Source: Nitrosopumilus sp. (GTDB lineage Archaea; Thermoproteota; Nitrososphaeria; Nitrososphaerales; Nitrosopumilaceae). Taken from it: a stretch of 64,000 nucleotides of DNA. The DNA lies in NCBI GenBank assembly GCA_965205215.1, contig OZ242041.1:1152001-1216000 (forward strand). Direction: 5' to 3'. A program made the position numbers and the translations under genes. The stretch's first letter is position 1. The number at the start of each line of letters is the position of its first letter. The notes beneath the pieces are model-generated. The model was not told the DNA's origin. It saw only the letters and a list, made by a program, of their open reading frames with translations, and searched no databases. Of this stretch, positions 33,826 to 43,207 are shown piece by piece.

Positions 33826-35127
33826 TCAATCGGGGCGCGTGCCCTCTCCTTGAGTGATTCGCCTTAGCATGCCAAGCGCGGTGGGGATCACGTCTGCCCC
33901 CGCAAGCATTCCTATCCTGCCCCTTGCCGCCTGGGACTCTGTCATCCTGGTGGTGCCGTCGCCCTGTATGCCGTCGTGTGATATCACCACCGGAACCGGG
34001 TCGTCGCTGTGCCCGTGGTTTATGCACGGCGTCGAGTGGTCCGCCGAGATCACTACCGCGGTTCTCGACGTGTCTATGCCGTCAAGCAGTCTTGCAAAGA
34101 ACCGCCTGTCGATCTCCTCGATGTTCTCCTTTTTCCCGACTGCGTCCCCGTCGTGCCCGAACTCGTCGGGGCCCTTGATGTGGACGTATATCGCGTTCTG
34201 GGTCTCCATGGCCTCGGAGGCCACCCTGGCCTTTTCCTCGTAGTCTGTCAGGCCCCCGGCCTCAAAGGCCTTCATCCTGAGTACCTTTGATATGCCTATC
34301 TCGACTGGCATGTCGACTATGCATGAAAAGTTCATCCCGTACCTCTGGTTGATGGGCTCGACTCGCGGGTACTTGCTGCCCGCGTCGCGGAGCAGTATGC
34401 AGCTGAGCTCCTTCTTTCCCGCCGCGACGCGAGCCGCGTTGATCCCGCTGCCCCCCATTATCGAGATTGCCTGCTCTGAGAACTCGTTTGTCGCGTCCGC
34501 GGCCGCCGCAGCCTCGCCCGAGCCGTCAAGCGGGACGCACCTCTCGACTTTCATAAAGTCGGCGACGGCCTTTGCGACCCCCATCCCGCCGATGTTGGTG
34601 TACGCGGGGTCCGTGTTTGATATCTTTGCCGAGTACGGCCTGCCGCCGCCCCTCCTCAGCCTGACCGTCACGCGGTGCCCGATGGTCGGGGAGACCTTTA
34701 CGGACGTGCGGGGGTCCGAGAACCTGACGCTCTCCTCGATCTCCCTTGATATGGCCTCCGAGTCGGCGGGCTCTATGTGCCTGCCTGCCCTCCTGTCGGT
34801 TATGACGTTGTCGCCGCCGCCCCTGTCAAGCGTGGCAAAGTTTCCACGCAAGGCCAGGTCCCCGTCGGCAAAGTCTATCCCTATGCCGATCGCCTCTATC
34901 ACGCCGCGCCCGGCATAGTCTGCATGACTGAACTTGTATCCTAGCATGTTGAATACTGCAATATCCGACTCCGGGGCGATCCCCTTGCCAACTGATATCA
35001 CCCTGCCAGACGCCCCGTTTGACGCTATTGCGTCGAGCGCGGGCGTGGATGCGGCCTCCAGCGGCGTCCTGCTCCCAAGGTCGGCGTGCGGCAGGTCCCC
35101 GACCCCGTCAAGCAGCACGTATATCAT
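33826..35127 (-). CDS. apgM: 2,3-BPG-independent phosphoglycerate mutase, archaeal type
   Basis: LDGVGD, TPLEAA, PESD, GRGVIEA, HIKGPDEFGHDG, ADHSTP..HSDDPVP. Confidence 0.92.
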   Translation of the reverse strand: MIYVLLDGVGDLPHADLGSRTPLEAASTPALDAIASNGASGRVISVGKGIAPESDIAVFNMLGYKFSHADYAGRGVIEAIGIGIDFADGDLALRGNFATLDRGGGDNVITDRRAGRHIEPADSEAISREIEESVRFSDPRTSVKVSPTIGHRVTVRLRRGGGRPYSAKISNTDPAYTNIGGMGVAKAVADFMKVERCVPLDGSGEAAAAADATNEFSEQAISIMGGSGINAARVAAGKKELSCILLRDAGSKYPRVEPINQRYGMNFSCIVDMPVEIGISKVLRMKAFEAGGLTDYEEKARVASEAMETQNAIYVHIKGPDEFGHDGDAVGKKENIEEIDRRFFARLLDGIDTSRTAVVISADHSTPCINHGHSDDPVPVVISHDGIQGDGTTRMTESQAARGRIGMLAGADVIPTALGMLRRITQGEGTRPD

Positions 35128-35629
35128 GCTGATGCCGGAATTGTTAGCGTCACCTGAACTGGCGCCATAATTAGCGGCGGTGCTGCCGTCATGTCTGCCG
35201 TCGGAACGAGAAGAAGACACTGACTCGCAGAATCGGGGCTGTGTTTTAAAGCTTGGCTGCTTTTGCCGCGGTCTGTCGCAATTGCATGGACTGTTGTCTT
35301 GGCGCGCGCTCCGGTTTGGGCGCCTGCTTGCGGGCATGGCTTGGGACTGGCAGGATGGGGAAAGGCGTGGCGGGGATGGAGGGGGTGGGGAATGGAAGGG
35401 AAGGGGAGGGAAGGGGAGGGAGCAGGTAGAGGAGGAGGAGGAAGGGGAAGCAAGCCGGGAAGGAGCTACGGATTCACGCGCGACTTTTGTACTATCTGCG
35501 ATGATCCCGGGCGCCATTTCCGGAGATCACGGCTGCGCGCATGGGCCGGGGCGGCAACCGGACACCGCGCCACCTGCGCCGCCGCTAACCTTCTGGAAAC
35601 TTTTTAACAGCAATACGGTATCTCTTGGC

Positions 35630-36643
35630 ATGGGAAGCATACGGGTCGATTACGCCTCGGAACGCTTTATGATAATATATGAGGGGGACGATTCGGGCGT
35701 GGGCGCCAACTCTGCGTACGCGTCGGGAAACGAGAAAAAGACAAACCCCTCGATGCTCTCCCTTGTGATAAAGGACGGCATACTGCGGCGGCAGCAGGAC
35801 ATAGACGGCCAGATAGTAAAGGGGTGGGCCGTCAGGGTCTTTGAGAGCAAGAATCCCGTCGTGTCCGTTTCGGCCGGAAACGATTATGGCAAGGAGCCGT
35901 TTGAGAGCCAGCCGGCGTACGGGCACCACCTGGTGCTCGTGGCCTCGCCGGATCCCTCAAAGACGCTGGCCACCATCGACTCTGAGCAGTGGTCAAACGC
36001 GCTCGTAGTGGTGCAGGACCGCCTTAGGTGGCTTTACACGCAAAAGGGCGTCGCCTACGTGGCCGTATACGCGGATCACGTCGGCGGGCTCAGGGGAAGG
36101 TCCAAGGTACACCCGCACCTGAACATCGTATCGTTCCGGATGATTCCCCCGACCGTGAACGACGAGATGGAGTCGTACAAGAGGACGCAGGAGAAGCGCG
36201 GCACGTGCCCCACGTGCCACATAATAGAAAGCGACGACCAGCTGAGGCGCGTCCTGCAGACTGAGAGCTTTGTGGCCTACTGCCCGTGGTCCCCGACGTA
36301 CCCGTTTGAGTTCTGCATCGCCCCCAAGAGGCACGCGGTCAGCTTTGCAAAGATGTCGCAGAAGGAGATTGAGGACCTGGCGCTGATGATCAGGGCCACG
36401 CTTGGCGGGCTTGCAAGCATGATAAAGAACGTGACGTTCAGCATGGTGTTCCACCTGTCCGCGGAGCGCAAGAGCAGTCGCCTGATGCACTGGCACATCG
36501 AGGTATACCCCGTAACAAAGCAGTGGTCCGGCATGGAGCGCGGGTACGGCATCCACCTCAACGACGTGTCCCCCGAGGACGCGGCAAAAAGGCTGGGGGC
36601 CTCGTGCAGAAAGGAGCTCGCAAACATGGTCGGCATTGGCTGA
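35630..36643 (+). CDS. galT: Galactose-1-phosphate uridylyltransferase / HIT-like protein
   Basis: AYGHHLVLV, HPH, CPTC, PFEFCIAPKRH, HWHIEVYP, GMERGYG. Confidence 0.75.
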   Translation: MGSIRVDYASERFMIIYEGDDSGVGANSAYASGNEKKTNPSMLSLVIKDGILRRQQDIDGQIVKGWAVRVFESKNPVVSVSAGNDYGKEPFESQPAYGHHLVLVASPDPSKTLATIDSEQWSNALVVVQDRLRWLYTQKGVAYVAVYADHVGGLRGRSKVHPHLNIVSFRMIPPTVNDEMESYKRTQEKRGTCPTCHIIESDDQLRRVLQTESFVAYCPWSPTYPFEFCIAPKRHAVSFAKMSQKEIEDLALMIRATLGGLASMIKNVTFSMVFHLSAERKSSRLMHWHIEVYPVTKQWSGMERGYGIHLNDVSPEDAAKRLGASCRKELANMVGIG

Positions 36644-36763
36644 GTCCTGCTGCTGCGCCGCCCCCTGTTTGCAGGCCCTGCAGGCGCGCCGGGATTTTTG
36701 CGCGGAGGCGGCTTCCCGCACCGACTTGAATGATTTATTTGCCAACGCCTCGGTGCGGCCGTA

Positions 36764-37204
36764 ATGGCGCTTGAAAAGTGGCTCGGGCTTGCAAGCCTGG
36801 CGCTCTTTGCAATGTTCTCGGGGCTCATGATAAGCGTGTATGGGTTTCTGACCGACGTGCCGGACGACTTTGACTACGCGCTGTCCTTTGAGGCCGATCC
36901 CAAGCTGCTCCAGTTCATATCGATAGGCGCGGCGCCCGCCGGCGTGATGGGGGCGATCGCGTTCATCATGTCCAGGTATTATGGGTCGAGGCCGGTGGGA
37001 CTGCTTTTGATCGGCGGCGGCGCCGTCATGCTGGCCGGAATGTACGTGTGCCACGTGATGCTTGAGAGGATAGACGAGGCGTACGTCACGGACGCGCTGG
37101 CGATTACCCCCTACGTGTTCATGGGGATGTCGGCCCCCGTGGTGGCGTTTGGCGCGCGCCTGTTCAAGCGCAGAAAGAGGCGGCCGAAAAAAGAGTACTT
37201 TTAG
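36764..37204 (+). CDS. Four-TM membrane protein
   Basis: Hydrophobic helices and basic C-terminus. Confidence 0.75.
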   Translation: MALEKWLGLASLALFAMFSGLMISVYGFLTDVPDDFDYALSFEADPKLLQFISIGAAPAGVMGAIAFIMSRYYGSRPVGLLLIGGGAVMLAGMYVCHVMLERIDEAYVTDALAITPYVFMGMSAPVVAFGARLFKRRKRRPKKEYF

Positions 37205-37294
37205 CATGCCGCGTGCCTTGCTGCTATCGCCGTTGCAGATGTCGCGGCGCCGCCGCAGTCGCCGCCGCAGCCGCAGCTGTACTGGCCTGCGAGC

Positions 37295-38023
37295 TCATAT
37301 CTTGCCCAGGCGCTTTATGTACTCCTGCTGCGCCATCTCGTAGGACTCTTTGTCCCCGATGTCCAGAAAACTGTTTCTTGGTGCGATGTACCCTGACACC
37401 GTCCTTTTCTGGGCTATGGCCTTTTTGATGAGCGCGTCCATGCCGTACGGCTTGTTTGCCGGAATCATCTTGATTATGCCCGGCTCCATTACGTAGCATC
37501 CCATGTTTATCGTGGCCGCAATCTCGGGTTTTTCCCTCCAGTCGGTCACCCTGCCGGACCCTGTCGTCTCTATGACCCCGTACGGCAGGTTGGTCTTGTA
37601 CGTGCTGAGGCCCATGGTGGCAAACGCCTTTGATTCCTTGTGGTGCTTTATCATGCCCCTCAGCGAAAAGTCGTATATCGCGTCCCCGTACATGCACACA
37701 AAGGTTTCGTCTATCATGTCGCCCGCGATCCTCAGCTGGCCCGCGGTGGCAAGGGGCTTTGTGGATGCCGCGTACTCTATGCTGACGCCGAACCTCTGGC
37801 CGTCCTCGAAGTAATCCTCGATGGTCTTTCGCAGATAGCTGGTGCATATTATCATGGACTTGATGCCGTTCTTCCTTATCCAGTCTATGAGGTGCTCCAG
37901 TATCGGCTTTTCGCCCAGGGGCAGCATCGGCTTTGGCAGAAACGTGGTGTACGGCTGGAGTCTGGTTCCGAGGCCGCCTGCCAGTATGATTGCCTTCATC
38001 GTGGGTGCTGGCGTTGGCGCCAT
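37295..38023 (-). CDS. NDP-sugar synthase (mannose-1-P guanylyltransferase-like nucleotidyltransferase)
   Basis: KAIILAGGLGTRLQP..PKPMLP, YGD, EKP, INMGCY. Confidence 0.9.
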   Translation of the reverse strand: MAPTPAPTMKAIILAGGLGTRLQPYTTFLPKPMLPLGEKPILEHLIDWIRKNGIKSMIICTSYLRKTIEDYFEDGQRFGVSIEYAASTKPLATAGQLRIAGDMIDETFVCMYGDAIYDFSLRGMIKHHKESKAFATMGLSTYKTNLPYGVIETTGSGRVTDWREKPEIAATINMGCYVMEPGIIKMIPANKPYGMDALIKKAIAQKRTVSGYIAPRNSFLDIGDKESYEMAQQEYIKRLGKI

Positions 38024-38103
38024 TATTTATGTTCGCGACTCCGCGCGTGCTGTGTTACGCGCGCGTGGCGCAGGTGCGTATGCCCCCTCCCACCCCGGTG
38101 CCC

Positions 38104-39540
38104 TCATGCGGGGGCGGTTACCTGCCGCACCTTTGCCAGCACGTCGTCGGGGGACTCTCCGAATATTATGATCATGGGCTCCTTGCCGTGGTCGCCGTCA
38201 TGGCATACCGCGTCTGGGGCCGACTCGGCGTCCCTGACTGCCTCTGAGACGCCCCACTGCACGGACGACCCCCTGGCCTTCGTGCCTGCCGGTTCGAGGC
38301 TCCTGTCGTAGCGCGCAACGGTCATCCCGGATCCCGTGATCCTGCCTATGGTGCCCTTGTCATATCTGATGTTGACTGCTGATCTTATCCTTGGGAATTT
38401 CCTGCTTGCAGCGACCAGGGCCGCGGCCATGTGCTTTGAACCGCCATATGCAATGTCCCCCGCCACTGCAACCCCTCTGCCCGTCCGGACTATCCTGCCC
38501 CGTATGCCAAGCACATTTCGCGTGCTCCGCGGACCCGTCGTTTCGGAGTGCACAAAATTGGTCTGGCACTCTGGTATGTGCATGTATATGCCCCTGATGC
38601 GCGTAAACTCCGTTATCGCGCCTGCAAGGGCCGATGCGGCGCCGGACATACCTGCTCCATCCTGGACGTGAATATCTCCTGCAATGCCTGCGCCCTTTCC
38701 CGCATTGGTGGCGTTTCTCATGAGGCGCGCGACAAATTTTTTCGCGCCCCTTGCCGATTCCGTCACCGGCATGCCGGACGCAAGGCCGCACAGAAGCGAG
38801 GCCGCAAACGCGCACCCGCCCCCGTGCGTCTCGTACGGCACGGCCCGCCCGCGCAGGCGGCGCGTCCTAGTCCTTCCCCCGGCGTCGCGAGCCGCGACCA
38901 CGTCGTAATAATAATTGCCGGACTTGATGCCGGTGACCACGGCAGAGCCTGCGCCAAGCTCGTGCACCACCCGCAGCGCAAGCCTGTCGTATGCGTCGGC
39001 GGCCCCGTCGAGTTCCGGGTGCGCCGCGCGCGTTCTGGAGCTTTCTGCCCCTTTGGTCGCGCCTCCGCCCTCGCCCCGGGCGCAGCCAAGCAGCAGGCGC
39101 GCCTCCTGCACGTTCGGGGTCGTCGCGGCCGCAAGTGGGATTATGCGCCTTGCATAGTCGCGTAGCGCCGGCTGCCGCATGAGCGTCCCTCCCGTCGTGG
39201 ACTCGATTACTGGATCCGCCACTATGGGTACGGAGCCTGCCAGTTCGGCTAGGCGCCTTGACACGGCCCTGACGGCCCGCGAGGTGTATATCATTCCCAC
39301 CGCCACCCCGGACACCTCAAAGTCGGCCAGCACCGCGTCGAGCTGCGACTCTAGCATTCTCTGGGAGACGGGCTCGGCCCCCGCAAACGAGGACGTGTTC
39401 TGGGACGTCACGGCCGTGACTACCGACAGCCCGTAGGCGCCGTGAGCCCCGAACGTCCTGATGTCGCCCTGTACGCCTGCCCCCGACGAGGGATCGGAGC
39501 CGCCTATTGACAGGAGGTTCATGGGTGACATGGCGCGCAT
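38104..39540 (-). CDS. thiD: Bifunctional HMP(-P) kinase / thiamine-phosphate synthase (ThiD-ThiN)
   Basis: GGSDPSSGAGVQGD, TPNVQEA, THGGGC; C-terminal IPECQTN, GGSKH, GKEPMI. Confidence 0.9.
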   Translation of the reverse strand: MRAMSPMNLLSIGGSDPSSGAGVQGDIRTFGAHGAYGLSVVTAVTSQNTSSFAGAEPVSQRMLESQLDAVLADFEVSGVAVGMIYTSRAVRAVSRRLAELAGSVPIVADPVIESTTGGTLMRQPALRDYARRIIPLAAATTPNVQEARLLLGCARGEGGGATKGAESSRTRAAHPELDGAADAYDRLALRVVHELGAGSAVVTGIKSGNYYYDVVAARDAGGRTRTRRLRGRAVPYETHGGGCAFAASLLCGLASGMPVTESARGAKKFVARLMRNATNAGKGAGIAGDIHVQDGAGMSGAASALAGAITEFTRIRGIYMHIPECQTNFVHSETTGPRSTRNVLGIRGRIVRTGRGVAVAGDIAYGGSKHMAAALVAASRKFPRIRSAVNIRYDKGTIGRITGSGMTVARYDRSLEPAGTKARGSSVQWGVSEAVRDAESAPDAVCHDGDHGKEPMIIIFGESPDDVLAKVRQVTAPA

Positions 39541-39730
39541 GGGCTATTTTGCATTGTGGTTAGGTGACTATGGTAGCAGCAGCAGCAGCAGACACAGCGG
39601 CGGTGGCACCCGCAGCCGTCAACTGCATACTGCATCTTCCCCAACCGCATATGGCGCCTGCAGCCCCGTCGGCTGCCCTTGATATTGCATGCTGCGGCCG
39701 GCTCCCTTCACGTCGCCGCTACCACCACCG

Positions 39731-39829
39731 CTAGCTTGATGACTGCGAGGCGCACTTGTATGAGCAGAAGACATCACGCGTGTCGTAGAACTCTTCTCCG
39801 CAGTGCCTGCACACCCTGATGGTCCTCAT
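39731..39829 (-). CDS. 32-aa zinc-finger microprotein (TRASH/MYM-like; not in ORF track)
   Basis: MRTIRVCRHCGEEFYDTRDVFCSYKCASQSSS; CTTAAATA box ~25 nt upstream. Confidence 0.65.
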   Translation of the reverse strand: MRTIRVCRHCGEEFYDTRDVFCSYKCASQSSS

Positions 39830-40120
39830 GCGTACTGTGCGTCCATATCGTATTTAAGGACGGCCGGGTGTCGCGGCTCCGCACACACGCGGCGTCGCGG
39901 GGCGCGCGTAGCCTGCGGGCAGAACATCCTTCTCGTCGGCGTTCGCAGTGCGCCGGGGGCCGGGCCTGAGTCATCGCACTTCCTCCCGTCTGCAGGCCTC
40001 CACCGGCCGTGACGTGCAGGTGCGCTTTTTGGAGTGCGGGTTTACGTACGTCGCCAACCGCAAGCGGGGGGACGGTTGCCCTTCCTTACTACTTAAATCG
40101 GGCCGCCCCGTGCGCATGGC

Positions 40121-41515
40121 ATGTCAACCCAGATGGCCGCTGCAAGGCGCGGTGTAGTCACGGAGGAGATGAGGCAGGTCGCGCGTGACGAGGACGTCTC
40201 TGCCGACTGGCTGGTATCAAAGATGGCGTCTGGCGCCATTATCATACCTGCCAACAATGCCCGCCCGCAAAAGTCACATGTGCACCGGGTCGGGATAGGG
40301 CGCGGACTCAAGACAAAGGTCAACGTCAACATCGGGACCTCCACGCTCAACGTGGACCTGCCCGGCGAAATTGCAAAGGCGCGGGTGGCAGTAAAGTACC
40401 ACGCCGACACCATAATGGATCTGAGCGACGGGGGGGACGTCAAGGGGATACGGCGCAGGCTGCTGCAGGAGGCGCCGATAACGTTTGGGACGGTTCCCAT
40501 ATACGAGGCGTACAACTATGGCGTCGAGGAGCACAAGAACCCGCTGAACCTGACTGAGGACGACTATCTTAACGCGTTTGAGAACAACGCAAAGGACGGC
40601 GTGGACTATACCACGGTCCACTGCGGGATCACCAAGGACATTGCAAAGCGCATACTAAAGGTGAGGCGGCACGGCGGGGTGGTCAGCAAGGGCGGCACCA
40701 TCACGGCCGCGTGGATGCTAAAGCACGACAAGGAGAATCCCTACTACGAGCACTATGACTATCTTGTGGAGATTGCAAAAAAATACGACGTGACTTTCAG
40801 CTTGGGCGACGCGCTGAGGCCCGGCTCCATTCTGGACTCGCACGACGAGCTGCAGGTGCAGGAGATGATCAACATATCGCGCCTCACGAAGCGCGCCCAC
40901 GAGCAGGACGTGCAGGTGATGGTGGAGGGACCCGGGCACGTGCCCCTCAACGAGGTGGCCGCAAACGTCCGGCTTGCAAAATCGCTGATCGGGGACGTGC
41001 CGTATTACGTACTGGGCCCGCTGGTAACCGACGTGGCGTCCGGACACGACCACATTGCAAGCGCCATAGGCGCCGCCGTGTCGGCAAGCGAGGGCGTCGA
41101 CCTGCTGTGCTACCTGACGCCGTCCGAGCACCTGGCGCTGCCAAACGAGGAGGAGGTAAAGGCGGGGCTCATCGCGTACAGGATTGCCGCACACGCCGGC
41201 GATCTTGTCAAGCTGCGTGAAAAGGCCATAAAGTGGGACGCCGCGATGACCGAGGCCCGCCGCACGCTTGACTGGGAGCGGCAGATTGCGCTCTCAATCG
41301 ACCCCGAGGAGGCCGCGCGCATACACGGTAGGACCGGGCAGCACCCGGGAAACAACGTGCCGTGCACGATGTGCGGCGGGGCGTGCGTGTACATGATGCT
41401 GCCGCAGCAGAAAAAGTACGGCGACGGCGGTGATAGCGGTGACGGCAGTCGCGCCGGCAAACCCGCAAAACCCGAGATCCGTAACACGGCTGCGGCCACG
41501 ACCCTGCCATCATAG
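40121..41515 (+). CDS. thiC: Phosphomethylpyrimidine synthase
   Basis: KVNVNIGTS, ADTIMDLS, SLGDALRPG, EGPGHVP, EHLALP, CTMCGGAC. Confidence 0.97.
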   Translation: MSTQMAAARRGVVTEEMRQVARDEDVSADWLVSKMASGAIIIPANNARPQKSHVHRVGIGRGLKTKVNVNIGTSTLNVDLPGEIAKARVAVKYHADTIMDLSDGGDVKGIRRRLLQEAPITFGTVPIYEAYNYGVEEHKNPLNLTEDDYLNAFENNAKDGVDYTTVHCGITKDIAKRILKVRRHGGVVSKGGTITAAWMLKHDKENPYYEHYDYLVEIAKKYDVTFSLGDALRPGSILDSHDELQVQEMINISRLTKRAHEQDVQVMVEGPGHVPLNEVAANVRLAKSLIGDVPYYVLGPLVTDVASGHDHIASAIGAAVSASEGVDLLCYLTPSEHLALPNEEEVKAGLIAYRIAAHAGDLVKLREKAIKWDAAMTEARRTLDWERQIALSIDPEEAARIHGRTGQHPGNNVPCTMCGGACVYMMLPQQKKYGDGGDSGDGSRAGKPAKPEIRNTAAATTLPS

Positions 41516-41691
41516 CGTCTGTTCTGCCACTATCGGGGTCATCTTGAAAGGGCCTCTGGATGCGGATGTGATCCGGAGCACGCTCATTCCGGGTGGGTCA
41601 TACTGCCAGTCTTGTGCATGGCTGGGGCAGGCTACTGGGCCCCGAGCCCGCAATGACAGATCGATCGCCGGCTTGATCCGCGCGCCTGTCT

Positions 41692-42345
41692 TCATATCAG
41701 GCAGGACATCACCCTGTAAAGGTCGGGGACGGTCTCGTACTTGTCCATCTCTGATATCTTCACCCACCTGTAGTCCGAGTTCTCCCAGTTGAGCCTTACG
41801 GGGGGGCTGTCGGCCTCAAACAGGAACGCCGACACGACCCACTCGTGGTTCCTGTACTGCGGCGACTTTATCCGTATGCCGTCCGCGCTTCTTATCAGCC
41901 TGATCTTGCTTTTGGTAATGCCCGCCTCCTCGAATATCTCTGTCCTTGCGCGGTTCAGGGGCTTTTCGTTGCCCTCTATGATCCCGCTGACCCCGGACCA
42001 CTTGCCGCGCATGGTCCTCACCCTGTTGCTGCGCCTCAGGAGCAGGACCTTGTCGGTTCTGACATCCCGCACGAACGCGGTCACTATGCCGGTGGTGCGC
42101 ACTGCCGTGCTGCCGTCTGCCGCGGCCGGACGGCCGGCGCCTCGCGTGCCGTTCTCCTTTCTGTATCTTCTGCCTTTGGCGGTTCTGTCGGCCGACATGT
42201 TGCGGCCGCGGCCGCTGCTACCGTGGTTGCTGCTGCCACCCCCGCCATTATTGCGACTCCCGTCGTTCCCGCCGCTGCCGCGGCCACGCCTTTCTGTTCC
42301 CTTTCTGATAACTCTGCTGCCGGCATCCCCGGCGCTACTTTTCAA
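41692..42345 (-). CDS. NUDIX hydrolase with G/S/N-rich N-terminal extension
   Basis: LLLRRS, GKWSGVSG..ARTEIFEEAG, LNWEN. Confidence 0.85.
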   Translation of the reverse strand: MKSSAGDAGSRVIRKGTERRGRGSGGNDGSRNNGGGGSSNHGSSGRGRNMSADRTAKGRRYRKENGTRGAGRPAAADGSTAVRTTGIVTAFVRDVRTDKVLLLRRSNRVRTMRGKWSGVSGIIEGNEKPLNRARTEIFEEAGITKSKIRLIRSADGIRIKSPQYRNHEWVVSAFLFEADSPPVRLNWENSDYRWVKISEMDKYETVPDLYRVMSCLI

Positions 42346-43207
42346 CTACCTTTACCATCTTTGTCATTCTCTTGTACGACTCTCTGATGTCAGTGTGCTC
42401 CGCCAGGCGGTCCTGGCAGTCGGTGATGTATCCTATCACTTCGTCGGTCTTTGACTCCTGTACTGCGGTCAGTAGCCTGCCTATGTCCTTCCAGAATTCC
42501 TCGGCCACCCTCCTGATCTCGGGGTTTGCAATGATGGTCTCGATGAGCTCCGGGGACTCCGTCATTATGCTCTCGGCAAGCGTCTTTTGCAGCCGGAACG
42601 TGGTGCCCGACATCTTTTCTGTCAGCAGCACCTTTTCGTCCTTTGATATGATGTTTGCAAAGACCAGGTTGAGCAGGTGCGTGAGGCCCAGTATGACGGC
42701 TATCTTTTTGTCGTGCTCTGCGGCGTCTATCGTGACAAAGTTCGCGCCGGCAAACAGCGACTTTATCACGGTAAGCTCCTTCTTGGCGTCCCGTATCGGG
42801 ACCGATATTATGTTCTGCCCCTTTATGGTGCGGATCCCGGGCCCGAACATGGGGTGTATGCATATGGGGTTGACCTTGGCGGGCATCTTTGAGAGCGACG
42901 AGACCACCTTTGACTTTTCAGAGGATATCTCTATCAGGTAGGTGCCCTTTGGCATCTCCTTTGCAATCAGCCTTATGATCTCCGGCGTCCTTCTGGTAGG
43001 GGTGCACAGCACCACGTAGTCCGTGCTCAGCACGCCGGACACAAGCGACTGCGTCGTCTCTATGCCCTTGACGGTGACGTCCTTCTCAGAGTCGTATCCG
43101 GTCACGACAAAGCCCTGGTCAAGAAAGTACTTTGCAAACCAGCTGCCCATCTGGCCCCCGGCCCCTATCACCGTCAGGCGCCTGTTCTTCCTCCTTGCCG
43201 CCGCCAT
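42335..43207 (-). CDS. tyrA: Prephenate/arogenate dehydrogenase
   Basis: IGAGGQMG, HPMFGP, EHDKKIA..LTH. Confidence 0.9.
   Translation of the reverse strand: MAAARRKNRRLTVIGAGGQMGSWFAKYFLDQGFVVTGYDSEKDVTVKGIETTQSLVSGVLSTDYVVLCTPTRRTPEIIRLIAKEMPKGTYLIEISSEKSKVVSSLSKMPAKVNPICIHPMFGPGIRTIKGQNIISVPIRDAKKELTVIKSLFAGANFVTIDAAEHDKKIAVILGLTHLLNLVFANIISKDEKVLLTEKMSGTTFRLQKTLAESIMTESPELIETIIANPEIRRVAEEFWKDIGRLLTAVQESKTDEVIGYITDCQDRLAEHTDIRESYKRMTKMVKVVEK

Noticed and set aside
35440-35475. SRP RNA helix 8 (CCGGGAAGGAGC)
   Set aside because: The flanking CAGG/AGCA loop and the rest of the SRP structure were not found
39860-40120. TPP riboswitch upstream of thiC
   Set aside because: Only a lone CTGAG; the other conserved elements are missing, and a TATA-like box ~25 nt before the ATG implies a leaderless transcript
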